A stretch of DNA of 64,000 bases from an uncultured Candidatus Rokubacteria bacterium. Its GTDB lineage: Bacteria; Methylomirabilota; Methylomirabilia; Rokubacteriales; CSP1-6. Below are positions 1-9,857 of the stretch, one piece after another (position 1 is the stretch's first letter; every line of letters begins with the position of its first letter). The DNA lies in the NCBI GenBank assembly GCA_963789955.1, contig CAWBMV010000034.1, positions 960,001 to 1,024,000 on the forward strand, written 5' to 3'. A model generated the notes under the pieces. That model worked only from the letters and a program-made list of their open reading frames with translations, was not told where the DNA came from and searched no databases. The translations under genes were made by a program, and so were the position numbers.

Positions 1-2
1 AC

Positions 3-773
3 CGGACCTTCTACGGGCGGGAGAAGGACAACACGATCTATCCGATCGCGCTCGCCAACCTGGTGCTGCACGACATCGATGAGCCCCACGTCTGGCACGG
101 CAACACGCTGACGGGCCAGGAGACGTATGGCGGGCTCTTCCAGGACGCGCCCGCGTTGTTCGACGTCATCCTGATGAATCCGCCGTTCGGCGGCAAGGAG
201 GGAAAGGAAGCGCAGACCAGGTTCCCGTACAAAACCGGCGCGACTCAGGTGCTCTTCCTGCAGCACGTGATCGACACTCTCAAGCGCGGCGGGCGCTGCG
301 GCATCGTGCTGGATGAGGGGGTGCTCTTTAGGACCAACGAGATCGCGTTCGTCCAGACGAAGCGGAAGCTCCTCGACGAATGCGATCTCTGGTGCATCCT
401 GAGCTTACCCGCGGGCGCGTTCGTGAACGCCGGCGCCGGGGTGAAGACGAACCTGCTCTTCTTCACGAAAGGCCGGCCGACCGAGCACATCTGGTACTAC
501 GACCTCTCCGGCGTGAAGGTGGGCAAGAAGTCGCCGCTGACACTCGAGAAGTTCGAGGAGTTCTTTCGCCTTCTCCCGACGCGGGGCGACGGCGAGCACT
601 CCTGGACGGTCGAGCGGCAGGAAATCGACGCGCGAGGGTACGACCTCAAGGCCGTCAACCCGCACGCCAGGCGGGACGAGGACACCCGCACGCCCGGGGA
701 ACTCCTCGATATCATCGAGGCCAAGGGCCGCGAAGTGGCGGATGCAGTCGCCGAGCTGAGGAGGCTTCTGTGA
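3..773 (+). CDS. hsdM: Type I restriction-modification N6-adenine methyltransferase (M subunit), 5'-truncated by the window edge
   Basis: DVILMNPPFGG motif IV, GIVLDEGVLF, GVKTNLLFFTK and YDLKAVNP; frame is open from position 3 (RTFYGREKDNTIYPIALANLVLH). Confidence 0.9.
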   Translation, partial: RTFYGREKDNTIYPIALANLVLHDIDEPHVWHGNTLTGQETYGGLFQDAPALFDVILMNPPFGGKEGKEAQTRFPYKTGATQVLFLQHVIDTLKRGGRCGIVLDEGVLFRTNEIAFVQTKRKLLDECDLWCILSLPAGAFVNAGAGVKTNLLFFTKGRPTEHIWYYDLSGVKVGKKSPLTLEKFEEFFRLLPTRGDGEHSWTVERQEIDARGYDLKAVNPHARRDEDTRTPGELLDIIEAKGREVADAVAELRRLL

Positions 774-1573
774 ATCGCCACGCTGGACCGCCGCGCGCCG
801 AGCGATCTGCCGTCGAGCCCGGAGCCGACGTACGCCGAGCGCGCGCGGACCTTGGCCCATCTCGGCCGCACCGGCGCGCTGGCCACGCTCTCGCGCAAGT
901 ATCCCGGTCATCCGTTCGCGTCGGTCATGCCGTACGCGCTCGACGAGCTCGGACAGCCGCTGGTTCTGATCAGCTCGATGGCCATGCATACGCAGAATCT
1001 CCAGGCGGATCCGCGCACGAGTCTGCTCGTCACGCAGCCGGTCACGAGCCCCGGCACGAAGGAGCCGGGCGATCCGCTCGCCGCGGCCCGACTCACGCTG
1101 ATCGGTGAGGCGCGCCAGCTGACCAGCCCCGACACGGGCAAGGCGCGCGAGGCCTATCTCGCTCGCCACCCGCGCGCCTCGTACTGGGTTGACTTCGACG
1201 ACTTCAGCTTCTGGCGGCTCGACGTGAAGGATCTGTACTTCGTCGGCGGCTTCGCCGCGATGGACTGGGTAACGGCCGACGACTACCGCGCGGCGCGGCC
1301 CGATCCGCTCGCCGACGCCGGCCCCGGCATCCTCGACCACATGAATCGTGACCATGCCGACGCGCTCGTCGCCTACGCGCGCCACTTCGCGGGCGAGGCG
1401 GCCGACGAGGCGACGATGATCGCGGTCGATCGACTGGGATTCAGGCTACGGCTGCGTAGTGGTGACCGGCTTACACGCCGTTCGCATCGCCTTCCCGCAC
1501 GAGGTTCGATCCGCCGCGAGACAGCCGCGCGGTGCTGATCGAGATGCTGACTCAGGCTCGCGCTGGACGCTAG
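770..1573 (+). CDS. HugZ-like split-barrel (PNPOx family) protein with C-terminal DUF2470; frameshifted near 820, 1473 and 1520
   Basis: ATLSRKYPGHPFASVMPY, SSMAMHTQNL, YFVGGFAAMDWV, ILDHMNRDHADAL; GTGA overlap with hsdM; C-terminus continues in other frames (HAVRIAFPHEV...RAVLIEML). Confidence 0.8.
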
Positions 1574-2876
1574 CTTCGGCTGTGCGAGCGGGTGCAAGAC
1601 GTCGATCGCGTAACCCACATTGAGTCGCTCGCCGAGCCAGCTCGGCATGGCGGTCCGCGCATGCAGCACGAGCCCGACAGCCTCGTGTCTGGTCCGCAGA
1701 ACGCTCTCCGGATCACCACGCACTTCCACGGCGGGCACCTCGGGCAGAGATGAGCCGTCCGGCCGGCGGAACCGTAGCTCACCGTCGGGCTGATGGTCGA
1801 TCTGATAGCCCTCTTCGTGAACCGCACGATGGTGGCGGCGACACAGTAGAGCCAGGTTCGAGAGTGTCGTTGGGCCGCCGTGCACCCAGTGACGGATGTG
1901 ATGACCCTGCCCGAACCGAACGCCGCAGCCCGGAAAGCGACAACCGCGGTCTCGATGACTGGAGCGCCCGCCGGAGGGCGGGCGGAATCGTGCGAGTTCG
2001 CGCGGCGACTTCTACCAGACGTCCATCGTGAGCGTGATGCATCACGACGCGGCTCGCGTCGCACGCGAGGCGCCGAGACGTTTCCGCGGAAACGCGTGCA
2101 CCGTCTTCGAGGATCGACTGGCCGGGCACATCCAGGTCTGCCAGCACCGGGGCATCGACGTGGACGACGACCTGATAGCGCTCGCCCGGGGCAGCCCGGA
2201 TCGATCCCGTTGACGCAGGGCCGTCTCAGCGAGCAGGGCCAGCGCGTCGGCCTGCTGCTGCGCCAGCGGCGGTGCTTCGCCAGACGCATCCAGCGGGGCG
2301 TCGAAGGTTTGGGCTCGGCCCTGTTGATATAGGGCGTCGCGGGCCGCGTTGAGCGCCTGGATGAGTACCGCGCCGACCTCCGGCGCCAGACGCCCGCGAA
2401 TCACGACCATGCCGTCTTCGTCCTGATACACGTGCAGAGCGCGGCGGACGTGCCGCCGAGCGTCCTCACTCGCCTCGGCCTTGCGGTCCATGCGCCTCCA
2501 GCCCCGCACGATGCGCTCGACGTGCTCAGCCGTGCCGGCGCGCCCGATCGCCAGCAATCGCTCCTCGTTCTCCGGCGTGGCGACGCGGGTCAGGGCGCGA
2601 ACTTTGGCGTACGAGAGTTCGCCATGGGCAAGCGCCTGGGCCAGCCGCGGTAAGGTCTCCAGCGCGTGCGCGACCCGGACGCGCTCGCGGGCCGCACCCG
2701 AGGTCGAGCCCTACGCGCCAGCTCAGCCAGGCGGCGCACGAGCGGAATCCGTTGTTCCAGCCCCCTCGCGAGTCGAACTCGCGGATGAGATCCAGTAGAT
2801 GCGCTGTCGCGGCGTCGAGGTGTGCCGACAGCTCGGCGATCTGATCGCCCAGATGATCGAGTGAGGCCGTTTCCAT
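1570..2876 (-). CDS. DUF222 plus HNH endonuclease (13E12-repeat-like), multiply frameshifted; possible pseudogene; 3' end approximate
   Basis: Fragments IAELSAHLDAAT...GFRSCAAWLSWR, GRLAPEVGA, SAETSRRLACDA and the HNH segment HGGPTTLSNLALLCRRHHRAVHEEG lie in successive frames. Confidence 0.8.
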
Positions 2877-3130
2877 GGCGAATCTCCTTTCTACCAGACG
2901 ACTCTACCCCCGAGTTCTTCGAGGCCCCTTGAGAGGCGCGACGATCGCCGATCGCCGACCGTTCGCGAAATTCATGCGACGACTGTCACATGAGGCCATC
3001 ACGGCGCTTCTGAGCGATGCTGGCGGGCCATTTCGCGATGCACCACGGACTCGTCGCGACCGCCACGCGGGAAGCTGTCAAGCCGTATCGATTTTTGGAC
3101 ACCACGCCCGGCGCGGACTTTCTCGCAGTC

Positions 3131-3159
3131 TTGACACCGGCCGCCCGGCCGAATACGGT
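3131..3159 (+). promoter_or_regulatory. sigma70-type promoter of tcuA
   Basis: TTGACA (3131-3136), 17 bp spacer, TACGGT (3154-3159); AGGAGG RBS precedes the start. Confidence 0.6.
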
Positions 3160-3215
3160 GAGCGACGCTGGCGCATCCGGCCGGCGAGTCAGGAGCCAGG
3201 AGGTAGGGTAATCAC

Positions 3216-4703
3216 GTGGCCTACGACGTCATCGTCATCGGCGGCGGCAATGCAGCGATGTGCTCGGCGCTCTCGGCGCGCGAGAACGGCGCGCGCGTCC
3301 TCGTGCTCGAGAAGGCGCCCGAAGCCTGGCGCGGCGGCAACGGCTTCTTCACGGCCGGCGGCTTCCGGTTCGCGTTCAAGAGCTTCGACGAGCTGAGCGA
3401 CCTGATCGGCGACCTCTCCGACGAGGAGAAGGCCTCGATGGAGGTCGACCCGTACACGGAAGAGCAGTTCTACGACGACCTCATGCGGGTCACCGAGGAA
3501 TGCTCGGATCCGGACATGGCGATGCAGCTCGTGCGCGAGTCGCTGCCGACCGTCCAATGGATGCGCGATCGTGGGGTGCGCTGGATCCCGATGTTCGGGC
3601 GGCAGGCCTACAAGGTCGGCGGAAAGTTCCGCTTCTGGGGCGGTCTGGTGCTGGAGGCGGTCGGCGGCGGCGCGGGATTGATCGACATGGAGTACCAGTC
3701 GGCGGCGAAGCACGGCATCGACGTGCGCTTCGAGTCGAAGGCCACGCGGCTCGTCACTGACGACCGCGGCGCGGTCACCGGCGTCATGGTCCGCACTCCG
3801 GCCGGCAGCGAGACCATCAACGCCGGCGCCGTCGTGCTCGCGTCGGGCGGGTTCGAGGCCAATTCGGAGATGCGCACGCGCTATCTCGGGCCCAACTGGG
3901 AGCTCGCGCGCGTGCGTGGCACGCCCTACAACACCGGCGACGGCATCAAGATGGCGCTCGAGATCGGCGCCTTGCCGTGGGGCCACTGGAGCGGCTGTCA
4001 CTCCGTCCAGTGGGACTTGAACGCGCCCTGGCACGGCGACCGGAAGGTCGGCGACAACTTCCAGAAGCACTCGTACCCGCTCGGGTTGATCGTCAACCTC
4101 AAGGGCGAGCGGTTCGTCGACGAGGGCGCCGACTTCCGCAACTACACCTACGTGAAGTACGGGCGCGCCGTCATCGGGCAACCGCGCCGCACCGCGTTCC
4201 AGATCTTCGATCAGAAGGTGCTGAGCAATCTGCGCGAGGAGTACCGGATCCGCGAGGTCACCAAGGCCGAGGACATGACCCTGGAAGGACTGGCGCGCAA
4301 GCTCGAGATCGATGTCGACGGATTCGTCGCGACGATTCGCGCCTACAACGCGTCACTCAAGCCCACCAACTACAATCCGGCCATCAAGGACGGCAAGACG
4401 ACGCACGGGATCACGCCGCCCAAGTCGAACTGGGCGCTGCCGCTCGACACGCCGCCGTACGTGGGCTACGCGGTGACGACGGGCATCACGTTCACGTTCG
4501 GCGGGCTCAAGATCACGAGCGAGGGACAGGTCATCGATTGCGAGCAGCGGCCGATTCCCGGACTCTTCGCCGCCGGCGAGCTCGTGGGCGGGCTCTTCTA
4601 CCACAACTACCCGGGTGGCGCGGGATTGATGGCGGGCGCCGTCTTCGGGCGGATCGCGGGTCGCTCGGCGGCCACCGCGAGCCGCAAGGGCGCCGCGCGG
4701 TAG
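3216..4703 (+). CDS. tcuA: FAD-dependent tricarballylate dehydrogenase TcuA family flavoprotein
   Basis: GGGNAA FAD motif, RGGNGFFTAG, ASGGFEAN, GITFTFGGL, YHNYPGGAGLMAGAVFGRIAG. Confidence 0.8.
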   Translation: MAYDVIVIGGGNAAMCSALSARENGARVLVLEKAPEAWRGGNGFFTAGGFRFAFKSFDELSDLIGDLSDEEKASMEVDPYTEEQFYDDLMRVTEECSDPDMAMQLVRESLPTVQWMRDRGVRWIPMFGRQAYKVGGKFRFWGGLVLEAVGGGAGLIDMEYQSAAKHGIDVRFESKATRLVTDDRGAVTGVMVRTPAGSETINAGAVVLASGGFEANSEMRTRYLGPNWELARVRGTPYNTGDGIKMALEIGALPWGHWSGCHSVQWDLNAPWHGDRKVGDNFQKHSYPLGLIVNLKGERFVDEGADFRNYTYVKYGRAVIGQPRRTAFQIFDQKVLSNLREEYRIREVTKAEDMTLEGLARKLEIDVDGFVATIRAYNASLKPTNYNPAIKDGKTTHGITPPKSNWALPLDTPPYVGYAVTTGITFTFGGLKITSEGQVIDCEQRPIPGLFAAGELVGGLFYHNYPGGAGLMAGAVFGRIAGRSAATASRKGAAR

Positions 4704-4704
4704 C

Positions 4705-5601
4705 TTAGCCGCCGTCCTTGGCGTAGGAGACGAAGAACGAGCCGAACTCGATCGGCTCGAAGCACGACGGCAGCTCGCCGTGCTTCCATGCGCCCGGCAC
4801 CTTCACCAGCCGGAAGTCCTTCCGGGGCCCGAACGTCTGCCGGAGCTCCTTCTCGGTGAAGACCCGGCAGTGGTCGGCGTATCCGTGGATCGGCGTGTAG
4901 TCCGGGATCGGGCCGATCGCGCGCAGCTCGTGCATCGGGACGACGAACGCGAAGCGCCCTCCGGGACGCAGCACCGTCTCGATCGACCGGATGGTCTCGG
5001 CGACGTCGCGTACGTGCTCGAGGACCGCGAACGAGTAGACGAGGTCGAACGAGCCGGCCGGGAAGTAGAGGTGCACCTCCTCGGCGAAGCCCTGCCGGAA
5101 CCCGACGTTCCCGAAGCGATTGAGCTGTCGCGCGATCTTCGCGTTGGTGGGCGAGACCTCGACGCCCTCGACCCGGAGGTTCGGATGCCGTGCGCCCAGC
5201 GCCATCGCCACGCCGCCCTCGCCGCTGCCGGCATCGAGCACGCGTCCGGGACGCACGCGCTCGACCTCGCGCTCCAGCTCCTGGAATTCGGGATCGCGCG
5301 CGCGCCGATCGATCAGCTTGCGCGTCTTGCGGCCGATCAGCATGCGGATCCGCTTCTCGAAGAGCTTCAGGCCCATCCGCCAGCGCAGCCGGCGATACTG
5401 CTCCTCCTGCGCGGCCACGTACGTCTCGCGCGAATCCAGGTGCGTGAGCCAGGAGCGAATGCGTGCCGCCAGCTCGGCGTACCGCGGATCGGCATGGCCC
5501 GCCTGCGCGGCCTCGACGATCTCGAGCGCGCCGTAGATGTTCTCGCGGTAGAGCTCGAAGCGCGCGGACTGGATGACGGCGTCGACGTCGTGCGGATTCA
5601 C
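4705..5601 (-). CDS. Class I SAM-dependent methyltransferase with helical N-terminal extension
   Basis: VLDAGSGEG motif I, SFDLVYSFAVLEHV, LRPGG. Confidence 0.85.
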   Translation of the reverse strand: MNPHDVDAVIQSARFELYRENIYGALEIVEAAQAGHADPRYAELAARIRSWLTHLDSRETYVAAQEEQYRRLRWRMGLKLFEKRIRMLIGRKTRKLIDRRARDPEFQELEREVERVRPGRVLDAGSGEGGVAMALGARHPNLRVEGVEVSPTNAKIARQLNRFGNVGFRQGFAEEVHLYFPAGSFDLVYSFAVLEHVRDVAETIRSIETVLRPGGRFAFVVPMHELRAIGPIPDYTPIHGYADHCRVFTEKELRQTFGPRKDFRLVKVPGAWKHGELPSCFEPIEFGSFFVSYAKDGG

Positions 5602-5612
5602 GTCGAGCTATC

Positions 5613-7275
5613 CTAGCACTCGAACGGCGTATCCGGATGGCGCGCGCGCATGGCGGCGCGCACCGCGTCGAGGAACCACGGCGGCAGGAGCACGCGGTAG
5701 TGGGTGAGGAAGCGCTCGAACTGGCCGTCCAGGATGTAGGTGACACCGTGGTCCTCGGCGTGCCGGCACGACCGGCCATAGGCCTGCACGAGGGCCTTGG
5801 CCGTCTCGAGCGCGTACCAGCGGGGATCGCGCGCCTGGCGAGCGGCGGTCCACGGGTCGCCGAGGTCCGGGTACGGTAGCTTCGTCACGATCTGGAAGCG
5901 CAGGAAGTCGTCCGGCAGGTCCACCCCTTCCCGCAGCGACGGCGAGACCAGCACGGTCGGCATGGGCGAGGCGCGGTGCAGCTCGAGCGCGCGCGTCTTG
6001 GCCTCGGTCGACTCGACCCAGATGAGACGGCGCGACAGCATCGGCTCGGAGGCCGCCAGGTGAGCCACGAGTCGCCGGCCCGCCGCGTACGACGGCGCGT
6101 GGATCAACCCCTTTTCGCGCGGGTGCTCGGCCAGGATCGCGGCGACCTCCGCGAACAGGACCGGTTCGAGCCGGGCGAGCGTGGCCTTCGACAGCGCGCC
6201 GACCGGACGGTACTCGATCCGCCGCTGGTCGAGCGGGAACGGCGAATCGCTCGCGAATGACCGGAGGCGCGACTCGTCGAGCCCGAAGCACTCGGCGAGC
6301 GCCTGCCGGTGACCGAGAAACGCGGACGAGAGCACGATCAGATCCGCGGCCTCGCTCAGGAGCTCGCCGGCCATCGAGGCCACGCTGAGCGGCACCAGCT
6401 CGAGCGTGGCCAAGGGCTCGGCCGGATAGCGCACGATCCACTCCCGGTCCTCGGCGTCGACGAAGAAGCGGACGCGGGCGAGCGCGGTCTCCAGGCTCTC
6501 CCGCTCCGCCATCAGCTCCTGCTCGGCGCGCGAGGGCGGCATGCGCAGGAAGGTCTCGGGTGGCACATCGGCCGGCCGCATGATCTCGAGCGCGCGCGTC
6601 ACGGTCTCGAGCTGCCCTTCCATCCGCTCGAGATGGTCACGCATGAGGCGGCGGTAGTCCTCCGCCGTGTCCAGACGCGGCAGGGGCCCGCCGAACCACG
6701 CCTTGGCCTGCTCGGGCGGGAACGCGACCGTGAACACGCTGACGAGCTGGGCCTCGAGGTTGTGCGCCTCGTCGACGATCAAGCATCCGGCGCTTCCGCA
6801 ATTGCTCGGCGCGCCAGTGGCGGAGCGTCGCGAAATAGGCCGTGTTGGTGCAGAAGATCGGGCCGGCGAGCGCCGCCGCCTTCGCCCGCGCGTACGGGCA
6901 CTGGCAGACCGGCCCGCGCGGCCGCCGGCACATGCCCCGCGACGTCGGCACTCGCATGTCCGGGTAACGCTCGCAGAGGTAGTTGTCGCGTCCCTTGACC
7001 AGCTGCAGGTCGGCGCCGAACTCGCGCTCGTACTGATCCTGCAGCAGCTTCTGGGAGGTCAGGAGATAGGCGTCGCCGCTCCACCGTGCGAGCGCCATGG
7101 CCACGTGGCTCTTCCCGACGCCGGGGGGCGCCTCGACGAGAAACACGCGGGGCGCCGTCGGGTCCTCGAGGGCTTCGCCGATGGCATCGGCGAGCGTGGC
7201 CAGGAGACGGGTCTGCTCCGGTCGCGGCGTGAAGCCGGTTGGAAAGTGCTCGAGCAGGTCGACGCGATCCGTCAC
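5613..7275 (-). CDS. Compact DinG/XPD-family ATP-dependent helicase; frameshift near 6780
   Basis: FTPRPEQ Q-motif, APPGVGKS Walker A, KGRDNYLC with four Cys, IVDEAH, EGVDLPDD, QAYGRSCRH. Confidence 0.85.
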
Positions 7276-7303
7276 GCGGGGTCCCCCGCGGTATTATCAC
7301 ACC

Positions 7304-7717
7304 GTGCCGGGCGACGGCTCTCGTGTGCTGTTCGAGTTCTCTGCCGGCGGCCTCGTTCTCGACGAAGAGGGCCGCGTGCTCCTGATCCGCGCCCGCGATC
7401 TGCGCGGCCAGCCGGTGTGGACCCTGCCGAAGGGCGCGCTGACGACCGGCGAGACGAGCGCGGACGCGGCGCTGCGCGAGGTGCGCGAGGAGACCGGCTA
7501 CCGGTGCGAGCTGGTGCGCGAGCTCGCGCCGGTCACCTACTGGTTTCGCCGGCAGGGCCGCCAGATCAAGAAGACCGTGCGCTGGTACCTCATGCGGCCG
7601 CTCGAGAAGGTGGGCGAGCACGACCACGAAGTCGACGAAGTGCTGTGGACCGACAAGAGCGACGCGCTGTCGCGCCTGCGGTATGACTCCGATCGCCGCC
7701 TGCTGGGCGGCGTCTAG
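7304..7717 (+). CDS. NUDIX hydrolase
   Basis: LPKG...GETSADAALREVREETG Nudix box; start could be 7304 or 7325. Confidence 0.85.
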   Translation: MPGDGSRVLFEFSAGGLVLDEEGRVLLIRARDLRGQPVWTLPKGALTTGETSADAALREVREETGYRCELVRELAPVTYWFRRQGRQIKKTVRWYLMRPLEKVGEHDHEVDEVLWTDKSDALSRLRYDSDRRLLGGV

Positions 7718-7720
7718 CCG

Positions 7721-8543
7721 TTACGGCCCGGCCGGGGTCGGAAACAGCCGCTCGCCGTTCTTCCACGCGATCGCCTCGGCGACCTCCGGCGGAAGCTGCG
7801 CGAGCCACGTCTGGACGTCGCGGTGGTAGTCGCGCATCACCTCCCAGCGCGAGGTGACCCACGTGTCGGTGCCGACCATGAAGCGGTCGGGATACTTCAC
7901 GAACACGGCGCGCCACTCCGGGTCGAGCTTGCCGCCCGAGGCGACGTCGGTCCTGCAGCGCGAGCTCGACGTAGAGCCTGGGAAACCGCTCGAGCAGGCG
8001 GCCGACGGTCGACGCGGGCGCCGACATGCCGGCGTGCGCCCACAGGAATCGCGCCTTCGGATAGAGCGTCAGGAGCTTCTCGATCGTCGCGTCGTCGACG
8101 TGGGCCTGCAGGAACAGGTCGCGCTCGGCCGCGAGCTCGGCGACGCGCTTGACGGTCGGCCCGCCCGCGTCGGCCACGCTCAGGTGGAACTCGCCGATGC
8201 CGCGATAGACTCCGCGCTTGAGCCGCTCCTCGACGTACGCCTGCACGCCCGGATCGCTGTGCCACTTTCCCATGTCGTCGCGCGTGCGGTACGGACGCAG
8301 GAACGGCACCACCGTCTTCGGCGCCTTTTCGTAGAGCTTCAGCGTGCCGTCGTCGGGCGTGCTCGAGACGATCGCCCGGCGCACGCCGGCCGCGGTGAGA
8401 ATCGAGAGCGCTCGCTCGGGCGAGTAGACGTCCCAGTCCGGACGGCTGTAGTGGACGTGGGCGTCGAAGATCGGGAGCTCGGCGGCCGCGTGGGCCGCCG
8501 TGCCGAGGACGAGCAGGAACGTCGAGAGCAGAAGCCGTCGCAT
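7721..8543 (-). CDS. Secreted amidohydrolase-family (TIM barrel) protein; frameshift near 7952
   Basis: Signal peptide, IFDAHVHY, GIGEFH, WAHAG; continues as YPDRFMVGTDTW in the second frame. Confidence 0.8.
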
Positions 8544-8623
8544 CGCCGGGATCCTAACACACGGGACCGATCGCTCTAACACACACGAGCCCGATCGCCA
8601 GCGTCGCCGGCTCAGCCGCTCAC

Positions 8624-9331
8624 TCACGCCGCGGCCGGCGGGCGGCACACGCGGCAGGGTCGATATCCGACGCTCGCCGCATCGGCGACCGACGCGAAGA
8701 CGATGCGATTGGCCTCGCCCACTCGCTGCTCGTGGGCGCAGCCGCGCCGGCAGATGATCCGCGTGCTCGTGCAGCCGATCAGCGCCGGGGTCGTGCGCTC
8801 GAGCCGCAGCAGCTGGGTCTTCATCACGCCACCGAACGCGTAGTGGCCCCAGGTGCCGTCGCCGCGAACGATCCGGTGGCAGGGGACGATCACCGGCACC
8901 GGATTGGCGCCGAGCGCGTTGCCGACCGCACGGGCGGCGCGTGGATGGCCCACGCGTCGCGCGAGCGCCGAGTAGGAGTCGACCTCGCCGAACTGAATGC
9001 GGTTCGCCTCGGCGAGCACGCGCGCCTGGAAGTCGCCGACGCCGTCCAGGTCGACCGCCACCGTGAAGAACGTCCGGCGGCCGGCCAGATATTCCCGCAG
9101 CTCTTGCCGAGCCCGTTCGGCATGGGCCCGCGCGCGGGCGGACGCGCCGTGATCGCCGCGCCCGGGATAGAGCCGCGCCACGCCACGCTCCGTCGCGTCG
9201 ATCCTGAACCGATCGGCCAGCTTCTCGAGATTCGCCGGCCGGGCCCTGAGGCTGCCGAGGAGACGCTCCGACAGCCGCGGCGGCGCTTCGGGCTTGAAGA
9301 ACTCTCCGAGCATCGCGTCGATCCGATCCAT
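8624..9331 (-). CDS. ogt: Methylated-DNA-protein-cysteine methyltransferase (Ogt) with C-terminal Ada-type Zn domain
   Basis: AARAVGNALGANPVPVIVPCHRIV, then TRIICRRGC...GYRPCRVCRP. Confidence 0.85.
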   Translation of the reverse strand: MDRIDAMLGEFFKPEAPPRLSERLLGSLRARPANLEKLADRFRIDATERGVARLYPGRGDHGASARARAHAERARQELREYLAGRRTFFTVAVDLDGVGDFQARVLAEANRIQFGEVDSYSALARRVGHPRAARAVGNALGANPVPVIVPCHRIVRGDGTWGHYAFGGVMKTQLLRLERTTPALIGCTSTRIICRRGCAHEQRVGEANRIVFASVADAASVGYRPCRVCRPPAAA

Positions 9332-9335
9332 GTCG

Positions 9336-9794
9336 CTATTCCTCCAGCGCTCGCTTCAAGATCGCCTTGCCTCGCGCGAGCTGACTTTTGACCGTGTTGA
9401 CCGAGATCCCTCTGATGGTGGCGAGCTCGCGGTACCCGAGGCCGTTCACGTAGTGCAGTGCCAGCAGCACGCGCGCCTCACGCGGCACCGTGTCGAGCGC
9501 GCGCGCCAGGTCCAGCCGCTCGACCGCCGCGCCGGTCCGTCCGCGCGGCAGCTCTTCCGGCGGTGTGCGGCGGCGCCGGCGCAGCTCGTCGATGCAGACG
9601 TTCGTGAGGACGCGATAGAGCCACGTGGACACCGCCCACCGGCTGACGTACGACTCGCGCGCCTCGAAGGCCTTCAGCAGCGCCCGCTGGACGGCGTCCT
9701 CCGCGTCGGCTCGGTTGCCGAGCAGGCGGTAGGCCACCGCGTACAGCCGGGCGGCGTACTCTTCGGCGGTGCGGGCGAACGCGCGTTCGTCCAT
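9336..9794 (-). CDS. ECF RNA polymerase sigma factor
   Basis: DAEDAVQ, TWLYRVLTNVCID, GISVNTVKSQLARG. Confidence 0.9.
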   Translation of the reverse strand: MDERAFARTAEEYAARLYAVAYRLLGNRADAEDAVQRALLKAFEARESYVSRWAVSTWLYRVLTNVCIDELRRRRRTPPEELPRGRTGAAVERLDLARALDTVPREARVLLALHYVNGLGYRELATIRGISVNTVKSQLARGKAILKRALEE

Positions 9795-9857
9795 CTCGAA
9801 CAGTTATACGCGGCAGACGGGCGGATGGGTGGAGGGCGCCTGCAAATCGGGGAAGGG

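Noticed and set aside
2875..3215. ORFs or a structured RNA in the HNH-tcuA intergenic region
   Set aside because: No motifs or convincing stems; explained by divergent promoter sequence
6770..6790. Programmed frameshifting in the helicase and other split genes
   Set aside because: No slippery heptamers seen; indels are scattered across unrelated genes
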